A stretch of DNA of 64,000 nucleotides from Minisyncoccota bacterium (GCA_025453495.1 JALOQM010000001.1:155161-219160); one strand, 5' to 3'. Shown: positions 18,191 to 28,961, numbered from the stretch's first letter. Numbers and translations: made by a program. The notes: generated from the letters alone by a model not told the origin.

Positions 18191-19486
18191 ATGGCAAAAG
18201 ACAAGATCACATGGTCGCCCGCCACTCGCAGGCTGGTAGACCTCACCAAGAACGGATACAATCCACGCAAGCTAAGCGAGAACGAACGCAGGGATTTGGA
18301 GAAGTCCGTACAAGAATTCGGCACGGTCGTCCCGATAATCCTCAACATCGGCACGCGCGCCAACACCATCATTGGCGGCGAGCAACGCGTTAAAGTATAC
18401 GCCAATCTTGGCATCGACGAAGTCGAGTGCATGGTGCCATCCCGCGAGCTGACGCTCGACGAGGAGCGCGAACTCAATCTCCGCCTTAACAAGAATACCG
18501 GCTCGTGGGACGAGGAACTCCTCAAGGACTTCGACATGAGCGTGCTTCTTGGTGTCGGCTTCGGTGACGACGAGCTTCAGAACCTCTTTGACGATGTCGA
18601 CGTAGTCGATGACGACTACAATCTCGAGAAAGCACTCAAGGAGACGATCACACCGAAAGTGAAATCGGGAGAAATCTGGGAACTCGGCAAACACCGGTTG
18701 CTTGTCGGCGACTCGACCGACGGCGAATCGGTACAGAAGCTCATGGCGGGAGACTTGGCAGACGTCGTCTACTGCGATAGCCCGTACAACATCGGCCTCG
18801 ACTACTCCAAGGGAGTCAGCAATAAAGAAAAATACCAAGGTTCATATTCCAGCAAGGACGACTCCAAGAAAGACAGCGACTTCATGACCTTCTTGGACAA
18901 GAGCATGGATGTCGCGAAATCGGTCAGCAAGAAAGATGCCCACTTCTTCTACTGGTGCGATTCTTCATACGTCGGAATGGTGCAGAGCTTGTATGGCAAG
19001 CACAAGATAGATGCGAAGCGCGTCTGTCTCTGGATCAAGAACAACCAAAACCCGACGCACAAGATCGCCTTCAACAAAGTGTACGAGCCATGCGTGTATG
19101 GCACGATCGGCAAGCCGTACCTGAACACAGGAATGCACAATGCCAACGAGATACTTAATCAGGAAGTGACGACTGGCAATCAAGTCCATGACGAGATACT
19201 CGACATGATCGATATCTGGATCGAGAAGCGCGACAGTGCCCAGTCATATCAGCACCCGACACAGAAACCCGTAACCCTCAACGAGAAGCCACTCAAGCGA
19301 TGCAGCGCACCGCTCCACATTGTCTTTTCCGGATTTGCCGGAAGCGGCAGTGACCTGATCGCCTGCGAGGAACTCGGTCGTGCGTGGCGCGGAGTCGAGA
19401 AGGATCTCATATTCGCAACCATTGTGATCGACCGATGGGAGAAATTTACCAACCAGAAAGCAGTGAAAATCCATGAAGGTAACTAA
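18191..19486 (+). CDS. ParB-like nuclease N-terminal domain fused to an N4/N6 DNA methyltransferase (beta-class)
   Basis: 431 aa; N-terminal ParB/Srx-like segment (...GYNPRKLSENERRDLEKSVQEFG...); methyltransferase motif IV DSPYN, HPTQKP, and motif I FAGSGS; 55% GC versus about 40% in flanking DNA. Confidence 0.75.
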   Translation: MAKDKITWSPATRRLVDLTKNGYNPRKLSENERRDLEKSVQEFGTVVPIILNIGTRANTIIGGEQRVKVYANLGIDEVECMVPSRELTLDEERELNLRLNKNTGSWDEELLKDFDMSVLLGVGFGDDELQNLFDDVDVVDDDYNLEKALKETITPKVKSGEIWELGKHRLLVGDSTDGESVQKLMAGDLADVVYCDSPYNIGLDYSKGVSNKEKYQGSYSSKDDSKKDSDFMTFLDKSMDVAKSVSKKDAHFFYWCDSSYVGMVQSLYGKHKIDAKRVCLWIKNNQNPTHKIAFNKVYEPCVYGTIGKPYLNTGMHNANEILNQEVTTGNQVHDEILDMIDIWIEKRDSAQSYQHPTQKPVTLNEKPLKRCSAPLHIVFSGFAGSGSDLIACEELGRAWRGVEKDLIFATIVIDRWEKFTNQKAVKIHEGN

Positions 19487-20222
19487 CGGAGACATCTTCA
19501 AAGTCGGCGACCACATCATCGCCTGCGGCGACTCGCTCGACAGAGCATTCGTCGGCAAGGTCATCGGTCATAACAAGGTGCGAGCGGTCGTCAGTGATCC
19601 TCCCTATGGGATTGCGTATGTCGAGAACAAGCAGGGATTGGCGAAGATCAGCGCGGATGAAACGAAGGTAATCGCCAACGACCATCTCCAGAGTGAGGAG
19701 GAATACGAGAACTTCACGCGCGGATATCTCGGCGCGGTCATTCCGTACCTTACGGAATACAACGCCGTGTATATCTTCAATGCTGATGCAATGTTCCCGA
19801 GTCTTCGCGCAGGCATGAAAGTGGCGGGCTTCTACTACAGCCAGATGATCATCTGGCTCAAGAACCAGCCCGTCATGAGTCGCAAGGACTACTTGGCAAT
19901 GTACGAACTCATCGCCTACGGCTGGTTCGGCAAGCACAAGATGGAGCGATCAAAGGCGCGGAATGTGATCTACCATCCAAGACCGACAAAATCGAGACTG
20001 CACCCGACGCAAAAGCCGGTGGGACTTCTGCGGAAGATCATTCCGAACTCCACGAAAGTCGGCGACGTCGTCTACGATCCCTTCCTCGGAAGCGGATCAA
20101 CTGCCGTTGCCTGTGAGCACTTAGGTCGAAAGTGCATCGGCATCGAACTTGATGAGGCGTATGTGGCAATTGCGCTCAAGCGGCTCGAGAAGCTCACTGG
20201 CGAAAAGGCTGTGAAGGTATAA
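19473..20222 (+). CDS. DNA methyltransferase (N6-adenine/N4-cytosine, beta-class)
   Basis: 249 aa; SDPPYG (motif IV), HPTQKP, FLGSGST (motif I); overlaps the upstream gene by 14 nt. Confidence 0.8.
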   Translation: MKVTNGDIFKVGDHIIACGDSLDRAFVGKVIGHNKVRAVVSDPPYGIAYVENKQGLAKISADETKVIANDHLQSEEEYENFTRGYLGAVIPYLTEYNAVYIFNADAMFPSLRAGMKVAGFYYSQMIIWLKNQPVMSRKDYLAMYELIAYGWFGKHKMERSKARNVIYHPRPTKSRLHPTQKPVGLLRKIIPNSTKVGDVVYDPFLGSGSTAVACEHLGRKCIGIELDEAYVAIALKRLEKLTGEKAVKV

Positions 20223-20226
20223 CCGT

Positions 20227-20601
20227 ATGCAGGGAGACGATTTTTCCAAGGATCCGTACAAGAAGCAGGTCTACGAAACCTACGCTCTTTGGAAGTCCCT
20301 CCCGTCATTTCTCAAAGGACAGCCGAGAGTCGCGCTTGAGAAGTTTGGCATTGAAGAAGAAGCGGTGTTTGAGCTGCTCTCGATAAAGACACAGCTTGAT
20401 TTCTCAAAGCGATACAACGTCGATACGGGCACGCTCAGTGACTGGAACAAGCGACTTGAAAAAGACGGACTTTCCAAAGACCTGAATGCATGGGCGCGCA
20501 AGCTCACGCCGAACGTCATCTTCGCTCTCTACAAGAACATCATCAAAGGCGGCCGGGCGCATGAAGTGCGAGCGTGGTTTGAGATCGTAGAACATCACTA
20601 A
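20227..20601 (+). CDS. Hypothetical protein (124 aa), translationally coupled
   Basis: Starts 5 nt after the methyltransferase stop; no recognisable motif. Confidence 0.4.
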   Translation: MQGDDFSKDPYKKQVYETYALWKSLPSFLKGQPRVALEKFGIEEEAVFELLSIKTQLDFSKRYNVDTGTLSDWNKRLEKDGLSKDLNAWARKLTPNVIFALYKNIIKGGRAHEVRAWFEIVEHH

Positions 20602-20602
20602 C

Positions 20603-20800
20603 ATGGAACCAATACAACTTGAAGAAATAAATACCATTCTCTCGGACACCCTCCGCAAGGTCGTGAACCGGGAGATATCGCTCAAGCAAGCATCCATGAT
20701 TGCCAAGCTTGCGATGACGCTCTCGAGAAACATCGCCAATACCGAGCTGAAGGATCGGGTCGAATTCCTCGAAAGCATGCTGCAAAAAACACGCATATGA
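20603..20800 (+). CDS. Hypothetical small protein (65 aa)
   Basis: Coupled start/stop with both neighbours. Confidence 0.35.
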   Translation: MEPIQLEEINTILSDTLRKVVNREISLKQASMIAKLAMTLSRNIANTELKDRVEFLESMLQKTRI

Positions 20801-22284
20801 AAAATCTGAATAACATTATTAAGAGATCGAACCTGACGCCGCTTGAGCGAGTTACCATGCTTGTCCATAACGGAGAGCATAGGCAGAAAACGGGTAAAGA
20901 TATGCTCTCGGAAGCAGAACTCAACACCCTCACCCAAGGATGGGCGGCTCGGCTCGGGCAAGCGAATGAATACAATAAATACTTGGAGATTGCTAAGCTT
21001 GAGAACTCGATGCGGATCGATGCGACGATGTTCTCATACCGCGCGGAGCTATCCTTGGTCAGGCATCAGCGATTGCTTTCGTACTGCCTGACCGAGCCGG
21101 AGCGAATGAAAAAATTGATCAATGACGACATAATGGATGGACTCGAGGAAGAAGAGTGTTTGCGGTTCGCGCTCGCTCACACATATCTCGAGTACGGCTC
21201 TGTGTTGCACCTTTTCACTTTCTTCAATCTCCCGAGAGAGATACGAGAGGATCTCGCTCTTTTGGATGACTCTGTTGCGTACAGCAATCAATATCTAGGT
21301 GATGAAGTACAGCTTTATGAAATGTTCAATGCCAGAAAGGTCAATAATGAAGACAAAGATACACTCGTCGACATCATCTTCTCGCGCATATACTACGAAG
21401 GCATCAACAAAATGCGCGGTGAAGGCACTGAGCGGGACGCTTTTATCCTTGGTGGCTACTTTGCGGAATTTCCGCTGAGCGAAGCGATATACAAAACTGC
21501 TCGTGATCTAGGTATCAAGTGTAAGAACCGGGATGAGGAGGAAATATTGGATGATATTGAGTCGTATGCCAAGGAAAAAGCCGTGACTATGGAGCATCTG
21601 ATCAAGGAATCACTGCGCTCGTGGCTTGATGATGGACTATTCACTAAGCAGTTTGCGCCAATCTTCATGAATGGTGGTTTCGATACAGTAAACGGCATTA
21701 CCAGGAAGAACCACAAAAAACTGTTTGAGATTTGGTATGCGGAGCTAGAAAAATCCAAGAGATATTTCAATACTCTTTTCCGTATGCAGAAACTTAAACG
21801 AGAAGAAGCAGAAATAACCGTCCTTGGAGAAACAAAAACTGTAGAGAAACTCACTGGGGAAAGTTTGTATACATGCCAAGAGGATTTGGAATTTGTACGA
21901 GAATACAAAAAGCAAGTCTATATGATTCTGCCGTTTTCAAATCTCGCTTTGTTTATTGAGAAGCATACCAAGCCAATCCAGAAGTACACGACGCTCTGTC
22001 AGTTTAGGAAGCTCGGGAAGAGAGCATCGGATACCTTTGATGCTAATTTCACGGAAGAATATGACAAGCTTATTGAGTCGTATCGGGAAGAAATGACGCT
22101 TCTCAATCACGAACTTGCGAAGTTGACCGATGTGGCAACTGAACATCTATCTGCAAAAGCCGAGGAAGATTTCAGATGCGCTATTCAGATCTGGAACGGC
22201 AGTTTTCGTTTTGATCTCAGAGAAGCCGACGACAAAGCCGACATTATTGAGAAGTATGAGAGGGATTTCAGGAAGGTTATGTAG
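20797..22284 (+). CDS. Hypothetical protein (495 aa), last gene of the methyltransferase operon
   Basis: ATGA overlap with the upstream ORF; no Walker A or other motif identified. Confidence 0.45.
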   Translation: MKNLNNIIKRSNLTPLERVTMLVHNGEHRQKTGKDMLSEAELNTLTQGWAARLGQANEYNKYLEIAKLENSMRIDATMFSYRAELSLVRHQRLLSYCLTEPERMKKLINDDIMDGLEEEECLRFALAHTYLEYGSVLHLFTFFNLPREIREDLALLDDSVAYSNQYLGDEVQLYEMFNARKVNNEDKDTLVDIIFSRIYYEGINKMRGEGTERDAFILGGYFAEFPLSEAIYKTARDLGIKCKNRDEEEILDDIESYAKEKAVTMEHLIKESLRSWLDDGLFTKQFAPIFMNGGFDTVNGITRKNHKKLFEIWYAELEKSKRYFNTLFRMQKLKREEAEITVLGETKTVEKLTGESLYTCQEDLEFVREYKKQVYMILPFSNLALFIEKHTKPIQKYTTLCQFRKLGKRASDTFDANFTEEYDKLIESYREEMTLLNHELAKLTDVATEHLSAKAEEDFRCAIQIWNGSFRFDLREADDKADIIEKYERDFRKVM

Positions 22285-22295
22285 AATCCAGATTC

Positions 22296-22715
22296 TTATC
22301 CAATTACAATATTTTCTCCATTACCAAATTCCATTTCTTTATACATAATCTCGCCTGATTCATTCTTCTTATAAGGAAGTGTGGCGGAAATTACTTTATT
22401 TTCAGCATCCTCCAGATGAATAGAAATTGCACCATCAGTATTTCCTGCATATAGATTCGCATTAAAAGCAATACCGAAAGCATGTAAATCATGTTCTTGC
22501 TTTTTTACTTGGAAACTCTGCATGAGAGAATCAATGACTTCTTTTGGGGTGGGATGTTTTTCTAAAAAATCATTTTCAACGGCAACTATTTCATCTTTTG
22601 AGTTTAAATACATACCGAACGGATAAAATTCACCATGTTGGATTAGCATTTTCTGAGCAAAAGGAACTAGAGCGTTTAGTAACTTATCAAGTTGTGTGCG
22701 TTCTTTTTCATTCAT
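22296..22715 (-). CDS. Candidate immunity protein for the RHS toxin
   Basis: 139-aa ORF overlapping the stop of the 2042-aa toxin gene by 4 nt, the typical toxin/immunity arrangement. Confidence 0.45.
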   Translation of the reverse strand: MNEKERTQLDKLLNALVPFAQKMLIQHGEFYPFGMYLNSKDEIVAVENDFLEKHPTPKEVIDSLMQSFQVKKQEHDLHAFGIAFNANLYAGNTDGAISIHLEDAENKVISATLPYKKNESGEIMYKEMEFGNGENIVIG

Positions 22716-22718
22716 GTT

Positions 22719-25700
22719 TTATTCACTTGTGCCAGAAAGGGCATTACCAATATTTTTCAATGTCGACTTTACACCTCCTAATGCGTTTTGCAAAGGGCCT
22801 GAGAGACGAGTATCCGGGCGAACGTGTAAATCAAGACTATAGTTTGCGTCTTTCGCATAACTTACAAAATCTTTCATTTGGTTTGTGTAATTCAGACGTG
22901 CAACATTTTTAACTTCCATGAGAGATTTTTTTGAGTGATCCAATCCATCGGGTATACGATAGCTAGCAGTTCCAGTAGCGGATTCTATTCTTTCAGTATT
23001 TTTTACAATACCGCTGGCAAGTTCGCCCGCTCTTCCTTTCGCTGCATTTTCGGCAATATCACCTAATACTTTACCTTTTGGCACTTCTCCTGCGGTAACA
23101 GCGCCAAGTATTGCCATAGGATAGTTTCCTTGCTTTGCATCAGTAATAGCTTGAGAAAGTCCGTATTGGCCAACAGGCGTTGTAAGTGATTGCAAGAATG
23201 ATGTAATTTGTGGAGCATTCATTGCGATATACGCCGCAGCAAAAATAAGTTCTCCTGCAAATTTACCACTTGCATCGCTCATCGTAATCGGATTATTCCT
23301 TCCGTATGAATAGCTGTTCAGTGACTGCGGATCGCTCAGGATACTCGTCATATCCCTGCCCGACAGTGCTTTTGTCGGTTTTTCGTCACCAATAGTTAAA
23401 AATACCGGATCCTGAGAAATAAACTTCCCAACATTCCCCTTGTAGTAACGCGCATTCAAGTAATCGAGTCCTGTATCGTTGTCATGAATCTGCCCCACAT
23501 ACTTTCTCTGTTCATTATACGCCCCAGACGAGATGCGGGATTCGCCGAATGGGTAATAATCGAGTTGCTGAGAAATTGCACCTGAGGCGTCAGTGACGGC
23601 GGTAGTTGAACCGAGGTGATCGGTATGGATATAATACGGCGTCACTGTGACCGTCGGATTAGTAACAGTTTCGATCGTGGCGACAAGGGTGCTTCCTGCA
23701 TAGACTTGCTTGGTCTTCTTCGTACCGTCATCGTTGTAATACTTGTTCGGGTATGAGATGTCAGTCGTGCCTGTAACATAGCGGACGCGGTTACCTTCGT
23801 GGTCGTACCAGTAGTTTGCGGTCACTGAGCCGTCAGTACTCGAAACAAGCTGATCGCGGTAGTTCCAGGTATGCGTGAACGTGCCGTCTGACGTCAGATT
23901 GCCGTCATTGTCGTACGTGCGAGTAATACTGTTAATTTTTGTCGCAGCATGCGGATTCGCATACCCGGTGCCGGCATAGACGTATGCGCCCGCTGGACCA
24001 GAGAGCAGATTGCCGAGCGCATCGTAAGCGAATGAATGCGTGTAGTCACCGCCGCTTGCCGTGCCGGTAATGACAGCGTCAGTCAGACGATAGAGTGCGT
24101 CATATGAATACGTAGCGGTCTTTGCAGTATCAGTATCGGATGCATCATCAAGTTCGGTGATATTGCCGACCGGATCATACACATATGCGAAATCCTGCAC
24201 ATGACGGGTCGAATTCGTCGTCAAACGATTGGTTAGGCGGTAGAGCGCTGAAGCAGCATAGGTGTTCATCGTCGTCACGCCGTTCGCATCATTCTGCGTC
24301 TGGACCTGATCCGTCGGACTGTAGTCGAAGTTAGTAATGAGCGCAGTGAACGTGCGCGCAGACGGTTCCCTACGATCAACTGATTCGAGCAAACCGGCAG
24401 TATTGTAGGTGTAGCGAATCTCGGACATATCGGGATAGACGACTGAGGATATATTCCCCTGTCGATCGTAGAACGTGGACGTCGTATAGGTGTTTCCGTT
24501 GATGACCTTGATTTCGTTGACGACCGTGCCTCTCGAATTGTAGAGGTAGGATGTGTCCGCTCCGAGAAGCATGGTCACTGAGCAGAGTTTGCCCGTACCA
24601 TTCGTGCAGCTTGAGTACGAATACGCAATATCCGTGTCGGTGGTTGCAGTGTTGTCTTCCGAAGTGACCTGATTGACGTCGTTATAGGCGTAGTTTGTCG
24701 TCAGTGCGTTCGGACTTACTGTCTGAATAATGTTTCCTGCATCGTCATACGTATATGTCCATATGCCATAGGTTGCATCAGACACAGCGTGCGTGTCTTG
24801 CGCAGTCAGACGACGATCGAGGCCGTCATACGTGAAATTGCGGACGTTCCCGAGCGCATCGGTTATCTTCGTAAGTTTGCCGTTCAAATTCCATTCGTAG
24901 TTCGTGGTATAAGCGCTTGCAGTCGCATAGAATTCGTCGACAGCGGACAAGTTCTCATATGCGTCGTGATAATAACGCTTCATGTTTCCTGCTGGATCAG
25001 TGACAGTGGTCATCCAGTCGTCGTAGGCATTCGTCGTCGTACCAACTGCGTTCGTCGATGTGAGTACGCGACCAATTGGGTCATATGCGTACGTAGTGTA
25101 GAGCGCCGTAGTGGTTGTCGGTGATGTACGAGCAGTACCCGTGCTTGTATAGCGGAGTGATTCTTTCAAGGTCTTGCCGCGAGCATCATATGCCTTATCG
25201 CTCACGTTGAAAGTATTTGATGCTTCCGCTTCTTTGCGCTCCTGGATCAGGCGACCGAGGCCGTCGAAGTACTGATAGGTATCTGCCGTTGTCGAGGTGT
25301 CGAGATAGTCGGTGCGCTGTACTTTTACCGCACCGGAAGTGTCGGTATATGCATATGCCGTTTTTGCAACTGGAGAATACGGTGAAGTACTATCGGGAAT
25401 TTTTTCAGTGAGCACGCGATCAAGGCCGTCATAAACAGTTTGGTAGACGAAGCTGTTCTGATCGGTCACCTGCTTCGGCTTGCCGAGCGAGTAGTCATAG
25501 ACATACTGCGTCGTATGTGAGAGCGGGTCGGTAACAGTTGTTGGGTAGAGATTATAGGTATCGTATGAATACGAGGTTACCTTTCCACGCGGATCGGTAT
25601 CAGAAGTGACAAGACCATATGAGTTATACGCTTTCTGACTATTAATGTAGGTTGTCGACGCTTTCCAATCTTCAACCTTAGTCTGATTACCTTTGTTTAC

Positions 25701-28700
25701 CGATCCATATGAAAGCGTATCGTAATAGTATTTCGACTCTTTGACGGTGGTGGAAGATGCGTCAGTCACTGTGCTGATCTTTGGCACCACCACTCGGGTC
25801 GTCGTGTTTGCCGCATACACATTTGTCGTGGTGCGCTTGTCGGAACCGGTATCAGTGAATGAGCCGTCTGATGCCACTGCATTTACCCTACCCCATTCGG
25901 TCTTCGTCAGGAGCGAGCCGTCCGTGTTGTCATAGGTATATTCGGTCGCAGTATCGGCATGATCTGAATCGCCATCATACGTCAGCACAGTCTGGCGCGC
26001 GAGCTTCACGAAATCGTGGTCAGTGCCGATGTTGTAGTGATCCCACTTATTGACCGTCAGGCGATAGAGATTGTTCGAGCTGTCACGTTCTTCGACACGG
26101 TACGGCTGACCTATTTTTGCAGGGATATCGTTGTATTCACCGTTTGATGTATCAGTGCCATTACCCTGGTGGTAAAAGGTCTTCGTGACATTGCCGACTT
26201 CATCGGTTGTCGTGACGATATTGAAGCCAGCGAGCGTTCTATGTCCGTCTGAGTAGTACTGATACTTGCCGTCCTGATACGAGTACTGTCTCGTTCCGGT
26301 CGTGCCGAATGCGTCGTTCGTCGTGATGTCTTTGACGACTGTTATGGACTGGGACGGACTTCGGGTTATCGGATTCTTGTCATTAATAGGCTGTTCCTTA
26401 TATGTAATGGACATCGAGCCGCCCGCAGGAGCAGTAATGGTTGAAAGATAATCGGATTTTGAACCGGTATTGAGCCAGACGGCATTTGGGTTCGTGATGT
26501 TTGTACTGTTGTTATAGGCAAATATCCAGTCTGGTAGTCCGTCGTTATTTAGATCAGAAAGTCTTGTGTCATAATCAAATCCTACCTGATTTCCATTTGG
26601 ATAGGTTGGCATGGTCCAGCTTGCAAGTAGCCAACCTGTCCCAGTACTAAGCCAAACCTTGTTAGGATTGATAGTGTTTGTGTTGTTGTTATAAGCATTT
26701 ATCCAATCTGGCAGATTATCTCCATTAATATCTGTAAGCTGGGTATCGTAGGCAAATCCGACATGATTACCATTTGTGTATGTAGGCATGGTCCAAGAAA
26801 CTGCTGTCCACCCAATTCCTGTATTCAGCCAGACAGTATTTGGACTGGCTGCTGTTGGGGAATTGTTGTCATATCCATGAATAAAGTCAACAAGACCATC
26901 GGCGTTTACGTCAATAAGTTTGTTCGTATAATGAAATCCAACCTGATTGCCTGTTAGATAAGTCGGCATCGTCCAACTTGCTGATGTCCAGCCAGAGCCG
27001 GTATTCAACCATACTGCATTCGGATTCGTGGTACTCGTATTATTATTAAAGGCATAAATAAAATCTGGAAGAATATCTCCGTTTATATCCACGAGTTGCG
27101 TGTTTGTATGAAACCCGACCTGATTGCCGCTTGGATATAGCGGCATGTTCCACGATGCGTTCGACCAGCCCGATCCAGTGTTAAGCCAGACCGTATTTGG
27201 GTTTACTGTGCTTGTATTGTTGTTGTAAGCATAGATCCAGTCAGGTAAACCATCTCCATTGAGATCGATCAACTGCGTATTTACTGTATGAAAACCTACC
27301 TGGTTACCACTTGGATAAGTCGGTATAGTCCATGATGCTGATGACCAACCCGATCCATTATTGAGCCAGACCGCATTCGGATTCGCGGTGCTTGTATTGT
27401 TATTATAAGCATAGATCCAATCGGGTAGACCATCGCCATTGAGATCAATCAACTGGGTATTCAAAGTATGAAAGCCCACTTGCCCGCCAGTTGGAAATGT
27501 CGGAAACGTCCATGACGCGAGCGACCAGCCAGATCCGGTATTAAGCCACACAGCGTTTGGATTCGTGGTGCTCGTATTGTTATTGAGCGCATACACGAAG
27601 TCCGGCAAATTATCACCGTTTACATCCACAAGCTGCGTTGCGGAAGCGAACCCTACTTGTCGGAGGTCCGGATAGACAGGCATCGTCCATGACGCGAGCG
27701 ACCATTCATCATCCACAGTCTGATAATCGAATGACATCGCCGGGAGTACCGTCGGCGTGCCGCTTTCGTCATAACCCGTTTCGGTAATTGAAGAAAGGAG
27801 CGAACGATTCTGGTTGTGTCCAGGTAGGTATACAAGGTCGTACTTGCGAGTATTTGTACCGTTAATTTTTGCAACAATGCTCGTAACAAGCGAAGCCGGA
27901 GCGACTGAGAAAGCAGGATTATAGACAGTCACGACATCGGGGCGCGAGCCTAACGTAAAGTCGATTTCGAAAATTCCGTCAGTGGTTCCAAAACCAGTGT
28001 AAAAAATCTTCGATGGATAAATCTGCCCTGCGCTTTTGGTATATTCATAGCGGACGAAGTTATCATTCGTATCGCGCGTCTCTTCAAGCATCCACTTATA
28101 GATATTTCCCGAGTTGTCTTGGCGAGCTTGGGCGTTTGCACCGAAGGTATATTTCACACCCTTTTTATCGGTTACCACCCATCCGTTGGAGACGCGTTCG
28201 TATCGCAAGAAATCTCCCTTTTCAGAACGAGGTGCGTAAAGATTTGATCCGAGCGGAACAAGCTCCCCAGAGAGAGATGACGAAAACACATCGCCTGTCG
28301 TATAGAGGTCTTCCGTACCGGTGCGATTGACGCGCTCGATGTATGGAATATTGACGGACCAGCCGTAGCCGACGACAGAGTCGTTAACTTGATTCTCGCT
28401 ATTGTACATAAGCGAGAGATCAGGCGTCATGTCATTTCTGCCTGGTGGAACCTGAATCTTGTAGGTATGGACGAATGCCCCTGTCAGGTTGTCGATTTCA
28501 GGAGAAAGCAATCCTTTTGAATCCTGCGGCGGAAGCGGATCAGGATCTACTTCTGGCGCTTGAGGGGCTGGCGGCTCTATCGGCGGAGCTGCTTGCTGGT
28601 TTTCTTCAGAAACCTGAGTTTCAGTTTCTTCGCTAACGGTTGGCGTCTCAGTCTGTACTTCTGGCTCAGGAGTTATAACAGTTTCCTGAGTTGCTTCCGT

Positions 28701-28847
28701 ATTCGCTGTTTCTTCAGCGAATACGGTCAGGACAGGAGAAAAAAAGATTGAAAATACAAGAACGCATACCGCCAGCTTCCTAAAAAGACCGGATGCTGAT
28801 AATGGGTTTTTTGCGATATGCATATATTGTTTTTCTTGTTTTAACAA
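22719..28847 (-). CDS. Giant secreted SpvB-domain / FG-GAP beta-propeller / RHS (YD-repeat) polymorphic toxin (Tc-toxin TcB-TcC-like fusion) with a variable C-terminal tip
   Basis: 2042 aa. Signal peptide, then a Pro/Glu-rich linker, then an SpvB-like region (...GYGWSVNIPYIERVNRTGTEDLYTTGDVF...). About eight repeats of VDxNGDxLPDxxYAYNNNTSTxNPNAVWLNTGSGW (FG-GAP-like). Many YD repeats (YTYDALGN, YAYDPIGR, FTYDGLDRR, YTYDDAGN...). An RHS-core-like DYYPFGESR...YYKGNVGKFISQDP...NNPITMSDASGKF. A C-terminal domain of about 200 aa containing IPDGLDH...EVKNV, a possible PD-(D/E)xK motif. Confidence 0.85.
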   Translation of the reverse strand: MLKQEKQYMHIAKNPLSASGLFRKLAVCVLVFSIFFSPVLTVFAEETANTEATQETVITPEPEVQTETPTVSEETETQVSEENQQAAPPIEPPAPQAPEVDPDPLPPQDSKGLLSPEIDNLTGAFVHTYKIQVPPGRNDMTPDLSLMYNSENQVNDSVVGYGWSVNIPYIERVNRTGTEDLYTTGDVFSSSLSGELVPLGSNLYAPRSEKGDFLRYERVSNGWVVTDKKGVKYTFGANAQARQDNSGNIYKWMLEETRDTNDNFVRYEYTKSAGQIYPSKIFYTGFGTTDGIFEIDFTLGSRPDVVTVYNPAFSVAPASLVTSIVAKINGTNTRKYDLVYLPGHNQNRSLLSSITETGYDESGTPTVLPAMSFDYQTVDDEWSLASWTMPVYPDLRQVGFASATQLVDVNGDNLPDFVYALNNNTSTTNPNAVWLNTGSGWSLASWTFPTFPTGGQVGFHTLNTQLIDLNGDGLPDWIYAYNNNTSTANPNAVWLNNGSGWSSASWTIPTYPSGNQVGFHTVNTQLIDLNGDGLPDWIYAYNNNTSTVNPNTVWLNTGSGWSNASWNMPLYPSGNQVGFHTNTQLVDINGDILPDFIYAFNNNTSTTNPNAVWLNTGSGWTSASWTMPTYLTGNQVGFHYTNKLIDVNADGLVDFIHGYDNNSPTAASPNTVWLNTGIGWTAVSWTMPTYTNGNHVGFAYDTQLTDINGDNLPDWINAYNNNTNTINPNKVWLSTGTGWLLASWTMPTYPNGNQVGFDYDTRLSDLNNDGLPDWIFAYNNSTNITNPNAVWLNTGSKSDYLSTITAPAGGSMSITYKEQPINDKNPITRSPSQSITVVKDITTNDAFGTTGTRQYSYQDGKYQYYSDGHRTLAGFNIVTTTDEVGNVTKTFYHQGNGTDTSNGEYNDIPAKIGQPYRVEERDSSNNLYRLTVNKWDHYNIGTDHDFVKLARQTVLTYDGDSDHADTATEYTYDNTDGSLLTKTEWGRVNAVASDGSFTDTGSDKRTTTNVYAANTTTRVVVPKISTVTDASSTTVKESKYYYDTLSYGSVNKGNQTKVEDWKASTTYINSQKAYNSYGLVTSDTDPRGKVTSYSYDTYNLYPTTVTDPLSHTTQYVYDYSLGKPKQVTDQNSFVYQTVYDGLDRVLTEKIPDSTSPYSPVAKTAYAYTDTSGAVKVQRTDYLDTSTTADTYQYFDGLGRLIQERKEAEASNTFNVSDKAYDARGKTLKESLRYTSTGTARTSPTTTTALYTTYAYDPIGRVLTSTNAVGTTTNAYDDWMTTVTDPAGNMKRYYHDAYENLSAVDEFYATASAYTTNYEWNLNGKLTKITDALGNVRNFTYDGLDRRLTAQDTHAVSDATYGIWTYTYDDAGNIIQTVSPNALTTNYAYNDVNQVTSEDNTATTDTDIAYSYSSCTNGTGKLCSVTMLLGADTSYLYNSRGTVVNEIKVINGNTYTTSTFYDRQGNISSVVYPDMSEIRYTYNTAGLLESVDRREPSARTFTALITNFDYSPTDQVQTQNDANGVTTMNTYAASALYRLTNRLTTNSTRHVQDFAYVYDPVGNITELDDASDTDTAKTATYSYDALYRLTDAVITGTASGGDYTHSFAYDALGNLLSGPAGAYVYAGTGYANPHAATKINSITRTYDNDGNLTSDGTFTHTWNYRDQLVSSTDGSVTANYWYDHEGNRVRYVTGTTDISYPNKYYNDDGTKKTKQVYAGSTLVATIETVTNPTVTVTPYYIHTDHLGSTTAVTDASGAISQQLDYYPFGESRISSGAYNEQRKYVGQIHDNDTGLDYLNARYYKGNVGKFISQDPVFLTIGDEKPTKALSGRDMTSILSDPQSLNSYSYGRNNPITMSDASGKFAGELIFAAAYIAMNAPQITSFLQSLTTPVGQYGLSQAITDAKQGNYPMAILGAVTAGEVPKGKVLGDIAENAAKGRAGELASGIVKNTERIESATGTASYRIPDGLDHSKKSLMEVKNVARLNYTNQMKDFVSYAKDANYSLDLHVRPDTRLSGPLQNALGGVKSTLKNIGNALSGTSE

Positions 28848-28961
28848 TCTTAATAATATGACTTGATTCTATATGTTAGACGCCAAAAGTAAACTGATCA
28901 GTCGACTCGAGTATATACATAAGTTCTAAAGGAAAACTAAAGTTTATGTGAAGTCCGACTC

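Noticed and set aside
22719-28847. Numerous 60-110-aa ORFs on the + strand inside the RHS toxin gene (e.g. 24789..25124, 28013..28330)
   Set aside because: These are antisense artefacts of a long GC-richer gene. All are short, overlapping and without motifs.
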